The notes: generated from the sequence alone by a model not told the origin. A stretch of 55,531 bases of DNA from Myxococcota bacterium (GCA_023150835.1 JAKLKB010000030.1:1-55531); one strand, 5' to 3'; shown: positions 17,552 to 27,800, numbered from the stretch's first letter. Translations and numbers: made by a program.

Positions 17552-19372
17552 GTGGCTCTCCTGAAACGGATGTTCGATCTCTGGAGGTGGTTTGAATTGC
17601 GCTATGCACAGTGGTTTTTGATCGGGTTGTTTTTGGCTCACATCGGATGCACAAAAACGGATCCTCCAACAACGAATACAACAAATACAACAAATACAAC
17701 GAATACAACGAATACAACGAACCCACCAAACACGCGCAAAGGTGCTTCTTCCAACGCATCTTCTTCATCTTCTTTTCCGCGTGTTGTTTTGCCCAAAGCA
17801 ACGCTCGATCCGACATGGTGGCCGAAAAGTTGGTTGGCGGCCATCGTTTCGGATTACAAGGTGCTGTTTCCTTTGCTCGGTCCCCAAGCCCGAGGAACAG
17901 AGACGCATCGAGCCGCGATGGCTTTGCGAAAAAACGATCTGATGGCTTATCTCAAAAAGCCCGTTGATCCGAAAAAAAAGATGTCTCGCGATGCGCAGAT
18001 CCTTCGCGGACGGCTGTTGCTTCGCGCCGCACGTTTTTACGCAGAGCTTTCCGAACTTGTGCTTGCGCTTAGCGAGGATGTTTTTTCTCAACGCTTTGCT
18101 CTTCGACAACGCCTTCAAATCGGCCAACTCTTTCCTCTTTACCGAGGCCGTTTGCTGTGCCTTCGCAAAAACTTCAAAGCCGCACAAGAACAGTGGAGCC
18201 TCGCAGAAAAAATCACCCCCCCAAACCGCCGATCCCGCCTTGCTTTTTGGAAGGCCCTTTGCCAAGACTCCCCCCTCGCCCAAAAAAACAGCCTTCTCGA
18301 ACAATCCGACTTTTCAAAAGATCCCGATACTTGGGCTGATTGGATGCTCGTTCGCGCTTTTTGGAGCCTCTCTCCAAACAACAAACCGCAATCCCCCACT
18401 CCCCGCGCCGAACTCTACTTTGCTTTGACCCAAGATGCCCCAAAGATCCCCTATGATGCCCTTCGTTCCGTCATGGACGAAGAAACCATCAAAGAAGGCG
18501 ACGTCGACGCAACGCTCGAATACTACGATCCCGGCCTACCTTGGTTGCTTGCACAACACCACGCCCGCAAAGCCCTTCACGCTTTCCAACAGATCGATCC
18601 CGCCGATCCCAGCGCTGCTCTCGGCCAAGCCGAAGCCTTCGCTTTGCTCGGCCTGCACCAACAAGCCACACAAGCCGTCCATCTCTTTCTCAAAACACCA
18701 CCCAAACAGATCGATTGGGCGATGCAAGTGTTTTCGCCTTTCCTCTCCCCCAACGATCTGCTCCTTCGCGCACGTTTGCTGCGTCTGCGCCTTCTTTCCT
18801 CGACCAACAAAGCTGCTCACAAAACCGCGCTCGATGGCCTCCAACAACTCCACGATCAACACCCACATTGCCCTGCTCGCCTTTGGATCGCTGAAACGTC
18901 CTTGTATCGGGAAAATACACCCAAACATTACAACACGATCCTTGCCTGTGCAGACCTTTCCACCGATCTGCTCAAACAATTGCAATCTTCGCTCGATCAA
19001 CAGACCGACGGTGCCAAGTACGTCGCCCAAAATCGCCTGACTCGCTATGCTTTGCGGGCCTTCTTCCAAACTGCCGCACAGTCCGCACTTTTTCACGGCG
19101 ACCGCGAACGTGCCGTCCGTTGGTTCGAGCTTTTGCACCAAAAAGATCAACCTTATCTGATCGGCGGCGACAACCAAGCCGCGCAGATCCTCTCCACCAC
19201 ACGCGCTTATCTGCGTATGTCGCGTTGGGGTGTCGCTTACCTCTTCCTCGGTAAAAATCGCCAAACCTACCCCTCGCTCAACCAGCCATGGGCTTTGCTT
19301 GGAACTCTTCGGATCTTCCGAGGCATGAGCGCAAATGACGGCGGCGGCGGACCGGGACCCAAAGGCGATTGA
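17552..19372 (+). CDS. Helical (TPR-like) probable lipoprotein with TTN-repeat linker
   Basis: Lipobox-like FLIGLFLAHIGC; (TTN)6 linker; mostly helical TPR-like body; its stop overlaps the next start. The start codon is uncertain. Confidence 0.75.
   Translation: MALLKRMFDLWRWFELRYAQWFLIGLFLAHIGCTKTDPPTTNTTNTTNTTNTTNTTNPPNTRKGASSNASSSSSFPRVVLPKATLDPTWWPKSWLAAIVSDYKVLFPLLGPQARGTETHRAAMALRKNDLMAYLKKPVDPKKKMSRDAQILRGRLLLRAARFYAELSELVLALSEDVFSQRFALRQRLQIGQLFPLYRGRLLCLRKNFKAAQEQWSLAEKITPPNRRSRLAFWKALCQDSPLAQKNSLLEQSDFSKDPDTWADWMLVRAFWSLSPNNKPQSPTPRAELYFALTQDAPKIPYDALRSVMDEETIKEGDVDATLEYYDPGLPWLLAQHHARKALHAFQQIDPADPSAALGQAEAFALLGLHQQATQAVHLFLKTPPKQIDWAMQVFSPFLSPNDLLLRARLLRLRLLSSTNKAAHKTALDGLQQLHDQHPHCPARLWIAETSLYRENTPKHYNTILACADLSTDLLKQLQSSLDQQTDGAKYVAQNRLTRYALRAFFQTAAQSALFHGDRERAVRWFELLHQKDQPYLIGGDNQAAQILSTTRAYLRMSRWGVAYLFLGKNRQTYPSLNQPWALLGTLRIFRGMSANDGGGGPGPKGD
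17669..17722 (+). repeat. 9-bp intragenic tandem repeat x6 (ACAACRAAT)
   Basis: Read directly from the sequence; encodes TTNTTNTTNTTNTTNTTN. Confidence 0.9.
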
Positions 19373-20958
19373 ATTCGCGCAAACAAGGAGAACTTGCTGT
19401 GAGAGCTAGAGATCGATGGCAAAAAGGGCATCGCCCCTTGATCTGCGTTGCGGTGGCTCTGTGTCTCGGATGGACGATGGGATGGGCTGCTCCTCCTCCC
19501 CTCAAATACGCCGAAGACCGCGCCCCTTCAAGCCTCAATCCCATCTATGCGGATGATATGTATTCTGAGCGCGCCTCCGAATTAATCTTCGAACGTTTGA
19601 TCGGCTTTGACAAAGTTCAAAAGCCCGCACCCATGCTCGCCACCAAGTGGGTCGTCGGCGAAGACAAAAAATCCATCACCATGACCCTTCGACAAGGCGT
19701 CAAGTGGCACGATGGCGAAGCCTTTACCGCCCAAGACGTCGACTTCACCATCAAGATGATGACCAGCCAACGCTCCCAGATCGCCGACCGCTATCTGGCG
19801 CAGATCATCAAAAAAGTGACAGTCTCCGATCCACACACCATCCTCATCGAATTCAAAAAAGCCCTCAGCAAGCCCGAGCGCTGGTTTCAATTCAAGATCA
19901 TCCCCAAACACCGCTTCAAATCGGGCATGGTCACGCGCACCGATTACTTTAGTCAAAAACCCTTCGGCACTGGGATCTTTCAGTTCAACAAATGGGACGG
20001 TCGAAAGATCATCCTCCGGCGAAACAGCAGCCACTGGGGCCCCAAAAAGACCAAACTCTCCGGCGCGACGCTTCAGATCATCCCCGACAAAAACATCCAA
20101 GTCGAAGTCCTCCGATACGGCGGCATCGACGCGATCATCCGCGTTCGTCCAAAAGATCTCCCCACCTTCGAGCGCGATCAAAACGTCCGCTTGTATCCGT
20201 ACTCGACCAACGACTGGTGGTACATCGGCCTCAATCACAAAGGCGTCTTTCGTGATCGCGGTGTCCGCGAAGCCTTTGTGTATGCCCTTGACCGCGAATC
20301 CTTGCGCAGCGCCCACCTCGGCGACGGGCAGGTGATCAGCGGCCCTTTTTCCCCCAATGATCCGCTCTACAACTTTTCGATCACTCCGCGCAGCCAAGAT
20401 GCCGAAAAAGCCGGCCAACTGCTCGATAGTGCAGGCTGGAAAAAAGCAGGCGAGTTTCGCAAAAAAGGCGGTAAAACCTTAAAAGTCCGCATGGTCTTGC
20501 CCAAAAGCAAAGACTCTTACAAGCCCTTGGTCTTGGGGATTCAAGGCGAGTTGCGCAAAGTCGGCGTAGACGTCGAATTGGTGTGGCTCAACGATGCCGC
20601 ATGGTCGCGTGAGATCTTCATCAAAAAAGGTTTCGATATGACCCTTCATATCTGGAACTTTGACGATCTCTCCACCATCTACCCGCTCTTTCACTCTCGT
20701 GGTTCGCGCAATTACATCGGCTACAAAAGCAAAGAAGTCGACAATCTCTTGCGCAAAGCCACCCTCACCACCGACCCCGTGATCTACAAAGCCATCTACG
20801 GAAAACTTCACAAGATCCTTCACGACGAAGTCCCTTACATCTTTCTTTGGTCTCTCACCAACTATTCGTCGGTGGTCTCGCGTGTCGAAAAAGTGACCAT
20901 CCACCCCTTCAATTATTTTCATTATGTGTCGGAGTGGAGAAAGCGCGTCGCAGAGTAA
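19369..20958 (+). CDS. Family 5 (Opp/Dpp) ABC substrate-binding protein 1
   Basis: LRQGVKWHDGEAFTAQDVDFT, PFGTGIF, VREAFVYALDR and DEVPYIFL motifs; N-terminal signal peptide. Confidence 0.92.
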   Translation: MNSRKQGELAVRARDRWQKGHRPLICVAVALCLGWTMGWAAPPPLKYAEDRAPSSLNPIYADDMYSERASELIFERLIGFDKVQKPAPMLATKWVVGEDKKSITMTLRQGVKWHDGEAFTAQDVDFTIKMMTSQRSQIADRYLAQIIKKVTVSDPHTILIEFKKALSKPERWFQFKIIPKHRFKSGMVTRTDYFSQKPFGTGIFQFNKWDGRKIILRRNSSHWGPKKTKLSGATLQIIPDKNIQVEVLRYGGIDAIIRVRPKDLPTFERDQNVRLYPYSTNDWWYIGLNHKGVFRDRGVREAFVYALDRESLRSAHLGDGQVISGPFSPNDPLYNFSITPRSQDAEKAGQLLDSAGWKKAGEFRKKGGKTLKVRMVLPKSKDSYKPLVLGIQGELRKVGVDVELVWLNDAAWSREIFIKKGFDMTLHIWNFDDLSTIYPLFHSRGSRNYIGYKSKEVDNLLRKATLTTDPVIYKAIYGKLHKILHDEVPYIFLWSLTNYSSVVSRVEKVTIHPFNYFHYVSEWRKRVAE

Positions 20959-21000
20959 TGTTCTCTTTGGTTCATCCCTCAACGGAGCGATCTCGACGTC

Positions 21001-22005
21001 ATGGAAATCCTTCGCATCATCGCAAAAACCGTCTTTTTTTATCTGTTGGTGATCCTTGGGGCGACTTTTGTCATGTACGCTCTTTTGTGGGCTGCCCCGG
21101 GCGATCTAACGGACGTGCTTTGCCCCAAAGGCTGCGAGCCAGAAATGCGCCGAGAACTGATCAAAACGTGGGGCCTTGACAAGCCAATGATCGTTCAATA
21201 TGGCCGATGGTTGGGGGATGCTGCACGTTTTCGCTTTGGAACGTCGGTCTCTTTGCGACAAGGAGCGCCTGTCACCGAACTGCTCGCTCCTGCCATGCGG
21301 ATCACCGCATGGATGGTGTTGGGGGCTGCTTTGTTGACGTTGTTTCTGGCCTTTTTTTTGTGCTGGCGGCCCCTGCGCTTCTTTTCTCGGTGGCTGCTGC
21401 GGTTGGGCCAATTTCCTTTGGTTGTGTTGTCCTTCGCTCCGTTGTATATCCTCGCCTATTGGTCGGTGATGTTGACGAGCCGTGGGCCGGCTTGGTTGGT
21501 TCAGCAAGGGTGGCTTGACCCCAAAACCCTCGGACGTTGGCGTGATCTGGACTTGATCCCTTTTGGGCAACAAGTCAGCGATGAAGCGGGATGGCTGACC
21601 TTGATCCCGTTTTTTGTTTCGATGGTGTTGCTTGCCCTCGGCAACAACAACCTCGCCGAACAAGCGTCAAGTTTGCGCGGCGAGATCGAACACCTCAAAG
21701 GGCAGGACTTTATGCGGGCTGTTCGTGCGAAAGGTGCGTCTTTTTGGGCGCATTTTCTCCATAACTTGCTCCTGCCTGTCACGCAGTTCTTTAGTACGCG
21801 TGCCATCCTTTTGCTCGGTACGGTGGTGATTATCGAAACCATCATGAGCATCAACGGCGTGGGATGGCTGCTTTGGCAAGCTGCCGAGATGCGCGATACA
21901 CCTGTTGTCCTCGCCATCGCCTTGTTCGCAACGGTGCTTGCGAGTCTCCTTCAGATGCTCAACGAGATCGCGCTCAAACTGATCGACCCACGTTTGCGCC
22001 GATAA
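21001..22005 (+). CDS. Opp/Dpp ABC permease (OppB-like)
   Basis: APGD, WGLDKPMIVQYGRWL, EAA-like DFMRAVRAKG, RDTPVV and IDPRLR motifs. Confidence 0.9.
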   Translation: MEILRIIAKTVFFYLLVILGATFVMYALLWAAPGDLTDVLCPKGCEPEMRRELIKTWGLDKPMIVQYGRWLGDAARFRFGTSVSLRQGAPVTELLAPAMRITAWMVLGAALLTLFLAFFLCWRPLRFFSRWLLRLGQFPLVVLSFAPLYILAYWSVMLTSRGPAWLVQQGWLDPKTLGRWRDLDLIPFGQQVSDEAGWLTLIPFFVSMVLLALGNNNLAEQASSLRGEIEHLKGQDFMRAVRAKGASFWAHFLHNLLLPVTQFFSTRAILLLGTVVIIETIMSINGVGWLLWQAAEMRDTPVVLAIALFATVLASLLQMLNEIALKLIDPRLRR

Positions 22006-22048
22006 GCACTTCTGTGATTCGACACGAGTCGATACGAGTCCATACGGA

Positions 22049-22249
22049 TCATACGAAATCCGCCCGTTGTGTGAGCGAAATAGGGTAGGGGCAGCCCCCT
22101 GTGGCTGCCCAAGAACAGGGCGGCTACTCGGATTCACTCCTGAATCCCTGCTCACTGTCGAGGGGCCAGCCCCCTGTGGCTGCCCAAGAACAGGGCGGCT
22201 ACAGCGGAGCGCACTCACCCTTACGTGCACACTTCTCTCGGATATCGCA
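22049..22249 (+). mobile_element. MITE/REPIN-like repeat, copy C (contains duplicated REP core)
   Basis: TCATACGAAATCCG...CGGATATCGCA, with two copies of CAGCCCCCTGTGGCTGCCCAAGAACAGGGCGGCTAC. Confidence 0.8.
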
Positions 22250-22270
22250 CCAGTACGAGGAGATCCATCC

Positions 22271-23827
22271 GTGCAAAACATCAAGAGAGATCTATCCTTT
22301 GTTCGTTTGTTCTCTGTGTGGGCGGGCATGGCGTTGCTTGCGATGGTCCTTCCTGTCTCCGCCACCCCGTTGAAATACACCGAAGATCGGACGCCTTCGG
22401 TGCTTAACCCGCTGTTTGCGGAGGACATGTACTCTGTGCGTGCTTCCGAACTGGTCTTTGAAAGCCTGATCGGTTGGGACAAAGATCAAAAACCAGCCCC
22501 GATGCTGGCGACCGAATGGTCTGTCGCTCCCGACAAAAAATCCATCTCCCTGACCCTTCGACAAGGTGTCAAGTGGCACGACTCCAAGCCCTTCACCGCC
22601 GAAGACGTCGACTTCACCATCAAAGCGATGACCAGTCGCAGCACTCAGATCGCCGACCGTTATCTGGCGCAGATCATCAAAAACGTTTCTGTCCTCGGCA
22701 CACACCAGATCAAAATCGATTTCAAACAGCCCTTGAGCAAGCCTGAAAAATGGTTGCAATTCAAGATCATCCCCAAACATCGCTTCAAAGGCGGCACCGT
22801 TCAGCGTTCTGACTACTTTAACCAAAAACCCTACGGTACAGGACCGTTTCAATTCCGTTCATGGATCGGGCGAAAGATCCAACTGCGCCGCTTTTCTGGG
22901 CATTGGAGAGGCGACCAGATCCGCCTTGATGGCGTCGCTCTTCAAGCCATCCCCGACAAAAACATCCAACGCGAAGTCCTTCGCTACGGCGGCCTTGATA
23001 CCATTATCCGCGTCCGTCCGAGAGATATCCCCCTCTTTGAACGCGACCAAGGTGTCGGTTTGATGCCTTATTCCACCAACGACTGGTGGTACCTCGGCAT
23101 CAATCATCGAAAAGGCAGTCTCTTCGCGGATCTGCGCGTTCGCCAAGCCTTCATTTATGCCCTCGATCGGGCCGGATTGCGCGATGCCCACCTCGGAGAC
23201 GGCCAGATCATCAGCGGGCCTTTCTCGCCCAACGATCCCCTCTACAACTTTTCCGTAGAAGCCCGCACCCAAGACACCGAAAAAGCCACCAAACTTCTCG
23301 ATGCTGCCGGCTGGAAACTCCCTTCTGGACAGCCTTATCGCAAAAAAGCTGGAAAAGTCCTCAAGCTGGATTTTCTCTTGCCGCGTAGCAGAAATTCATA
23401 CAAAGAACTGTGCCTCGCGATCCAAGGCGAGATGCGCAAGATCGGTGTCAACGTCGAGCTGATCTGGGTCGATGACGCTGCATGGGACCGCCAAGTCTTC
23501 ACCCAAAAGCGCTTCGATATGGTCCTCCACATCTGGAACTTTGATGAACTCTCCACCATCTATCCGCTCTTTCATTCACGCGGAAACCGCAACTACATCA
23601 GCTACAAAAACAAAGAAGTCGACCGCCTCCTCGAACAAGCCACCCGCACCACCGACCCCGTCATCTACAAAGCCATCTACGGAAAAATCCACAAGATCCT
23701 CCACGATGACCTCCCCTACCTTTTCCTCTGGTCTCTCACCAACTACTCCGCAATGTCTGTGCGCGTGAAAAAAGTGACCATCCACCCTTTTAATTATTTC
23801 CATTACGCGCATTCATGGGTAAAATAG
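22271..23827 (+). CDS. Family 5 (Opp/Dpp) ABC substrate-binding protein 2 (close paralogue of 19369-20958)
   Basis: GAGGAG RBS then GTG at 22271; long identical stretches shared with SBP1 (e.g. AHLGDGQ.ISGPFSPNDPLYNFS, TDPVIYKAIYGK). Confidence 0.9.
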   Translation: MQNIKRDLSFVRLFSVWAGMALLAMVLPVSATPLKYTEDRTPSVLNPLFAEDMYSVRASELVFESLIGWDKDQKPAPMLATEWSVAPDKKSISLTLRQGVKWHDSKPFTAEDVDFTIKAMTSRSTQIADRYLAQIIKNVSVLGTHQIKIDFKQPLSKPEKWLQFKIIPKHRFKGGTVQRSDYFNQKPYGTGPFQFRSWIGRKIQLRRFSGHWRGDQIRLDGVALQAIPDKNIQREVLRYGGLDTIIRVRPRDIPLFERDQGVGLMPYSTNDWWYLGINHRKGSLFADLRVRQAFIYALDRAGLRDAHLGDGQIISGPFSPNDPLYNFSVEARTQDTEKATKLLDAAGWKLPSGQPYRKKAGKVLKLDFLLPRSRNSYKELCLAIQGEMRKIGVNVELIWVDDAAWDRQVFTQKRFDMVLHIWNFDELSTIYPLFHSRGNRNYISYKNKEVDRLLEQATRTTDPVIYKAIYGKIHKILHDDLPYLFLWSLTNYSAMSVRVKKVTIHPFNYFHYAHSWVK

Positions 23828-23886
23828 GGACGTTTTGAGTCTGGTCTTCCTCCTCTCGTTGCCGTGCGTGCGGAAGGTTCGGTACT

Positions 23887-24753
23887 TTGTTTCAGCGACT
23901 CCAAGTTCTCTTGCGTGAGAATCCCCACTTGTTTTTTGGCCTCGCCTTTGTCTTGCTCTTGTTGGCGTCTTGCTTGATCGGAGCCTTGTATCCGTACGAT
24001 CCCGTCATCGCTCGAATGCAAGGCAACACCCCATTGCAAGACCCTTCTTGGCGCTTCTGGCTCGGTACCGATCACTCGGGCCAGTCTCTCTTGATCTTGC
24101 TGATCAAAGGCACGCAGGCATTCTTTTTTCCGGGTATCCTCGCCTCTTTCCTTGCCCTTTTGGGCGGGATCTCCCTCGGAGCTTTCGCTGGCTTTTATGG
24201 CGGATGGATCGAACAGATCGGACGCTACCTCAGCACCCTAATCAACTCCTTCCCCAACCTCATCCTTGTTCTCTTGTGTACCACCGTCTTTGGACCCAAC
24301 GTCTATCTGATCGCGGCCATCGTCGGCATCACGTTTGTCCCCCATATCGCCGAAGAGATCCGACGCAAAGTCGCTCAACTCAAAGCCGAAGAATTCGTCA
24401 TGGCCGCCGAAGCGCACGGCCTACAAGAACGACGTATCCTCTTTTTGCACATCGTTTGGTTGCACTGCCTCCCCCTGATCCTTCGCCAATTGGTGTTTCT
24501 ATGGAGCGCCTTGATCATCCTCGAAACAAGCCTCAACTACCTCGGACGCGGCGTTTTGCAAAAAGGCATCTCATGGGGAAAGATGCTTTATGATTACCGA
24601 AGTGGACTTTTTCGCGGCGAGATCTGGAGTCCGTTGGTGGTCACTTTGGTTGTGATGCTCACGATGAGCGGCCTGTATCTGTTTGCGGAAGGGCTTCAAC
24701 GATGGAGCCAAGGCAAGGGCGTTTTGCACCAAGAACAGCCTTTGGATAGCTAA
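23887..24753 (+). CDS. Opp/Dpp ABC permease (OppC-like)
   Basis: FWLGTDHSG, EEFVMAAEAHG, ETSLNYLG and SWGKML motifs. Confidence 0.9.
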   Translation: MFQRLQVLLRENPHLFFGLAFVLLLLASCLIGALYPYDPVIARMQGNTPLQDPSWRFWLGTDHSGQSLLILLIKGTQAFFFPGILASFLALLGGISLGAFAGFYGGWIEQIGRYLSTLINSFPNLILVLLCTTVFGPNVYLIAAIVGITFVPHIAEEIRRKVAQLKAEEFVMAAEAHGLQERRILFLHIVWLHCLPLILRQLVFLWSALIILETSLNYLGRGVLQKGISWGKMLYDYRSGLFRGEIWSPLVVTLVVMLTMSGLYLFAEGLQRWSQGKGVLHQEQPLDS

Positions 24754-24818
24754 ATTCCATACCTCCCAAATACCCCCAATCCACGGTGCTTTGAGACGAT
24801 CGTGTCGAAGGGATCTCC

Positions 24819-25784
24819 ATGAGCGAACAACCGCAAACACAACCCCACTCCCCCCCCAAACCTTTGCTCGAAGTGGAACAACTCAAGATCCATTTTCGCA
24901 GTCGTGGGCGTTTGGTGCGGGCTGTCGATGGCGTGTCTTTCTCCGTCGGATCTGGCGAAGGTATCGCCGTGATCGGAGAGTCGGGCAGCGGAAAAACCCT
25001 CTCCGCGCTCGCGACATTGGCCTTGGTCGGCGGCGAACCCGGCGTTGTTTCGGGAGCCATCCGCTACCAAGACGATACGCTCCAAACCGATCTGCTCCAA
25101 GGTATCGAAGCTTGTTTCCGACAAGAACAAGGCACCTACAAACCGACGTGGAAGGCCGAAGGATGGCGTCATGCGTATCGTGAACGCGCTACCGCTCTCG
25201 CAGGCCGAAAGATCGGCATTATCTTTCAAAATCCCATCTCTTCCCAAGATCCGCTGTGGTCGGTCGGGCGCACGCTCAGCGAGTCCATCCGTCTGCACAA
25301 CCCCAAAGCCACGCGCAAAGAAGCGTCGCAAGAAGCCGAACACTGGCTCGAACGCGTTCATATCAAAAACCCCGCAGGTGTCATGCGCTCTTATCCGCAC
25401 CAACTCTCGGGGGGGATGTGTCAGCGTGTGATGATCGCCTCGACGCTTGCGATGCGACCGCGTATCATTATCGCCGATGAGCCGACCACTGGCTTGGATA
25501 TGACCACCAAAGCCCAAGTTCTTTATTTGCTCCACGAAGCTCGCGAAAAATACGGTAGCAGCCTGATCTTTGTCACCCATGAGATCGGCTTGATCTCGGG
25601 CTTAACCGAGCGAGTGCTCGTGATGCGGCGTGGCCATGTTGTCGATCATTTCGCAACATCCGACCTCTTGGATGTCAAGATGCGTGGGGAGACCCTCGAA
25701 ACCTCCCACGAATTCGCAGAGCACACACAAGATCTTTTGCGTTGCAGCCTTGCGCTCGAAGAGCGCCGCGCACGCGTGTTGTAA
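24819..25784 (+). CDS. Opp/Dpp ABC ATPase (OppD-like)
   Basis: RAVDGVSF, GESGSGKT, YPHQLSGGMCQRV, IADEPTTGLD and VTHE motifs. Confidence 0.93.
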   Translation: MSEQPQTQPHSPPKPLLEVEQLKIHFRSRGRLVRAVDGVSFSVGSGEGIAVIGESGSGKTLSALATLALVGGEPGVVSGAIRYQDDTLQTDLLQGIEACFRQEQGTYKPTWKAEGWRHAYRERATALAGRKIGIIFQNPISSQDPLWSVGRTLSESIRLHNPKATRKEASQEAEHWLERVHIKNPAGVMRSYPHQLSGGMCQRVMIASTLAMRPRIIIADEPTTGLDMTTKAQVLYLLHEAREKYGSSLIFVTHEIGLISGLTERVLVMRRGHVVDHFATSDLLDVKMRGETLETSHEFAEHTQDLLRCSLALEERRARVL

Positions 25785-25797
25785 AGAGGGCGAGATC

Positions 25798-26877
25798 ATG
25801 GAAGAAAAGGTCGAGCTGATGCAAGACTCCAGCACCCAAAACGCTGCGCCCCTCACGACACAGACGGGCCCCACACCCATCCTCGTCGCCGAGACCGTCT
25901 GCAAGTTTTATCCGATCCGCCGTTCTCTCCTCGAACGCCTCCGCCGCCAACCGCCTCGCTTTGTTCGTGCCGTCGATCTCACTTCCTTGTGCTTGATGCC
26001 CGGTGAAGTCGTCGGATTGATGGGCGAATCCGGCTGCGGAAAAACCACCCTCGGCAAGATCCTCTGCCGTCTGATCCCCCCCACCTCCGGCAAGATCCAA
26101 CTCATGGGAAAAGATATCACTTCTCTTCGTGGTGAAGAACTTCGCCGACTCCGACCCCGCTTTCAGATGCTCTTCCAAAACCCCTACTCCACCCTCAACC
26201 CCAAGATGAACGTCCACAACACCCTCCTCGAAACCCTGCGCGTCAACCTCCGCCTCACCCCTTCCGACGAAGAGCAACGTATCCAAGAAGTTCTCGCTCA
26301 AGTCGGACTCCCTCACAAACGCTACAGCTTCCCGACCGAGATGTCCGGTGGAGAACGCCGAAGAGTCGGCTTGGCGCGCTTGTTGCTGCTGCGCCCATCG
26401 CTGATCGTCGCCGATGAACCCGTCGCCGGCCTTGATGCCTCGATCAAGGCCAAGATCGTCGATCTGATGATGGAAACGCGCACCCCCGAAGTCGCTTATC
26501 TATTTGTCTCCCATGATCTTCATGTCATACGTTATGTCGCGGATCGCGTCTTGGTCATGTTTTTGGGCTTGATCGTCGAAGAGTTGCCCATCGCCACCTT
26601 CGAGGAAGAGCTTCATCACCCCTACACCAGCACGCTTCTCCACGCAGCTCGTCAAGTCAGCCTCCACAACTCTTCCCAATCCAAAGTGGACTTCTCTGAC
26701 TTGCCCTCCCACAACGAAGCCGTTGGCGCAGGATGCCCTTACGTTCATCGTTGCCCTTGGGCTGGACATGAAGTCCCCAAGATCCGCTGCCTTGAAGAGA
26801 GGCCCCCCTTGGTGCCTGTCGCTGCAAACCACCGCATCGCCTGTCACCGCTTTTCCCCTACACCGGAGAGTCTTTGA
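25798..26877 (+). CDS. Opp/Dpp ABC ATPase (OppF-like)
   Basis: GESGCGKT, MSGGERRR, VADEP and HPYT motifs; C-terminal GCPYVHRC...C...ACH. Confidence 0.93.
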   Translation: MEEKVELMQDSSTQNAAPLTTQTGPTPILVAETVCKFYPIRRSLLERLRRQPPRFVRAVDLTSLCLMPGEVVGLMGESGCGKTTLGKILCRLIPPTSGKIQLMGKDITSLRGEELRRLRPRFQMLFQNPYSTLNPKMNVHNTLLETLRVNLRLTPSDEEQRIQEVLAQVGLPHKRYSFPTEMSGGERRRVGLARLLLLRPSLIVADEPVAGLDASIKAKIVDLMMETRTPEVAYLFVSHDLHVIRYVADRVLVMFLGLIVEELPIATFEEELHHPYTSTLLHAARQVSLHNSSQSKVDFSDLPSHNEAVGAGCPYVHRCPWAGHEVPKIRCLEERPPLVPVAANHRIACHRFSPTPESL

Positions 26878-27800
26878 TGTTTCGCATCGCTACTTTCTTC
26901 TTTTCTCCCCTCTCTCTCGGCTTTGTTCTGGTTCTTTCTCTTTCTTCGGCTTCTGCTCAAGACTTCCGCCAGATGGCCGAAAAGGGCAAAATTCTCCTCG
27001 AAAGACAGCTTTATTCAGATGCAATTCAAGAGCTTTTGGCAGCATCCCAGACGCCCGAAGGCAAACAAAACGCCGAGGTTCATTACCATTTAGGCTTGGC
27101 TTATTATCGCGTTGCGATCATCGATCGTGCGATCCTTGCGCTCGAACGATCCGTCACGCTTGCCAAAGCAGACCCCGAACGCCAGCGACCCGCCCTGCTG
27201 CTCGAACAAATCAAGCAGCTTTTTACCAAAGTTCAGATCACCCTCGAAGTGGACCCCGATGAACTCGGAAAAGTGGTGATCCAACTCGAACCCACCGAGC
27301 CCTTCAGCAACCTACAAAAACGCCGCGCCCACGCCATGCTCGCCAAAAAATGGAGACAAGGCACCTCACTCAAAACAGGCGCGTATTACCTACCCAAAGG
27401 CACTTACCGCTTTGGGATGCAGCAGCCGACTTGCCTGAGTTATGGCTTTTTTCTCAACAACCAACCGATCAAAACGCTCGATGTCGCCGATGCCACCGTC
27501 CAATTGGCGATCAAAGACAAACCGACCTGCGTCTGCGAAGGCGGGCAAGTCCTCAAACAAGATGCCAAAAAACGTTATTGCACTTGCCCCGAAGGCACCT
27601 TGTGGTCACAACGCGAAAACCGTTGTGAGATCCCCAAAAATGCCGCTGCTCCGCCCTCTTGGATCTCCAAAAACTGGCCGTGGGTCACTGCCTTGACGGT
27701 GATCGTTGTGGCGGCGGGTGTGACGGTTCCTGTCTTGCTTGTGATGAATAACAACAGCCCGCAAAAAGCTGAATTTTCCAAAGGATTTGACTTCAAATAA
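26877..27800 (+). CDS. Exported TPR + Cys-rich protein with C-terminal membrane anchor (paralogue 1)
   Basis: TGATG overlap with the oppF-like stop; signal peptide ending ASA-Q; TPR (VHYHLGLAYY); CVCEGG...YCTCPEG...RC; WISKNWPW followed by a TM helix. Confidence 0.8.
   Translation: MFRIATFFFSPLSLGFVLVLSLSSASAQDFRQMAEKGKILLERQLYSDAIQELLAASQTPEGKQNAEVHYHLGLAYYRVAIIDRAILALERSVTLAKADPERQRPALLLEQIKQLFTKVQITLEVDPDELGKVVIQLEPTEPFSNLQKRRAHAMLAKKWRQGTSLKTGAYYLPKGTYRFGMQQPTCLSYGFFLNNQPIKTLDVADATVQLAIKDKPTCVCEGGQVLKQDAKKRYCTCPEGTLWSQRENRCEIPKNAAAPPSWISKNWPWVTALTVIVVAAGVTVPVLLVMNNNSPQKAEFSKGFDFK

Noticed and set aside
15215-17641. 808-aa minus-strand ORF (also long antisense ORFs 33083-34639, 39188-40387, 44102-45712 and 47836-48867)
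   Set aside because: These lie opposite well-supported genes, have no recognisable motifs, and are explained by codon bias leaving the antisense frame stop-poor.
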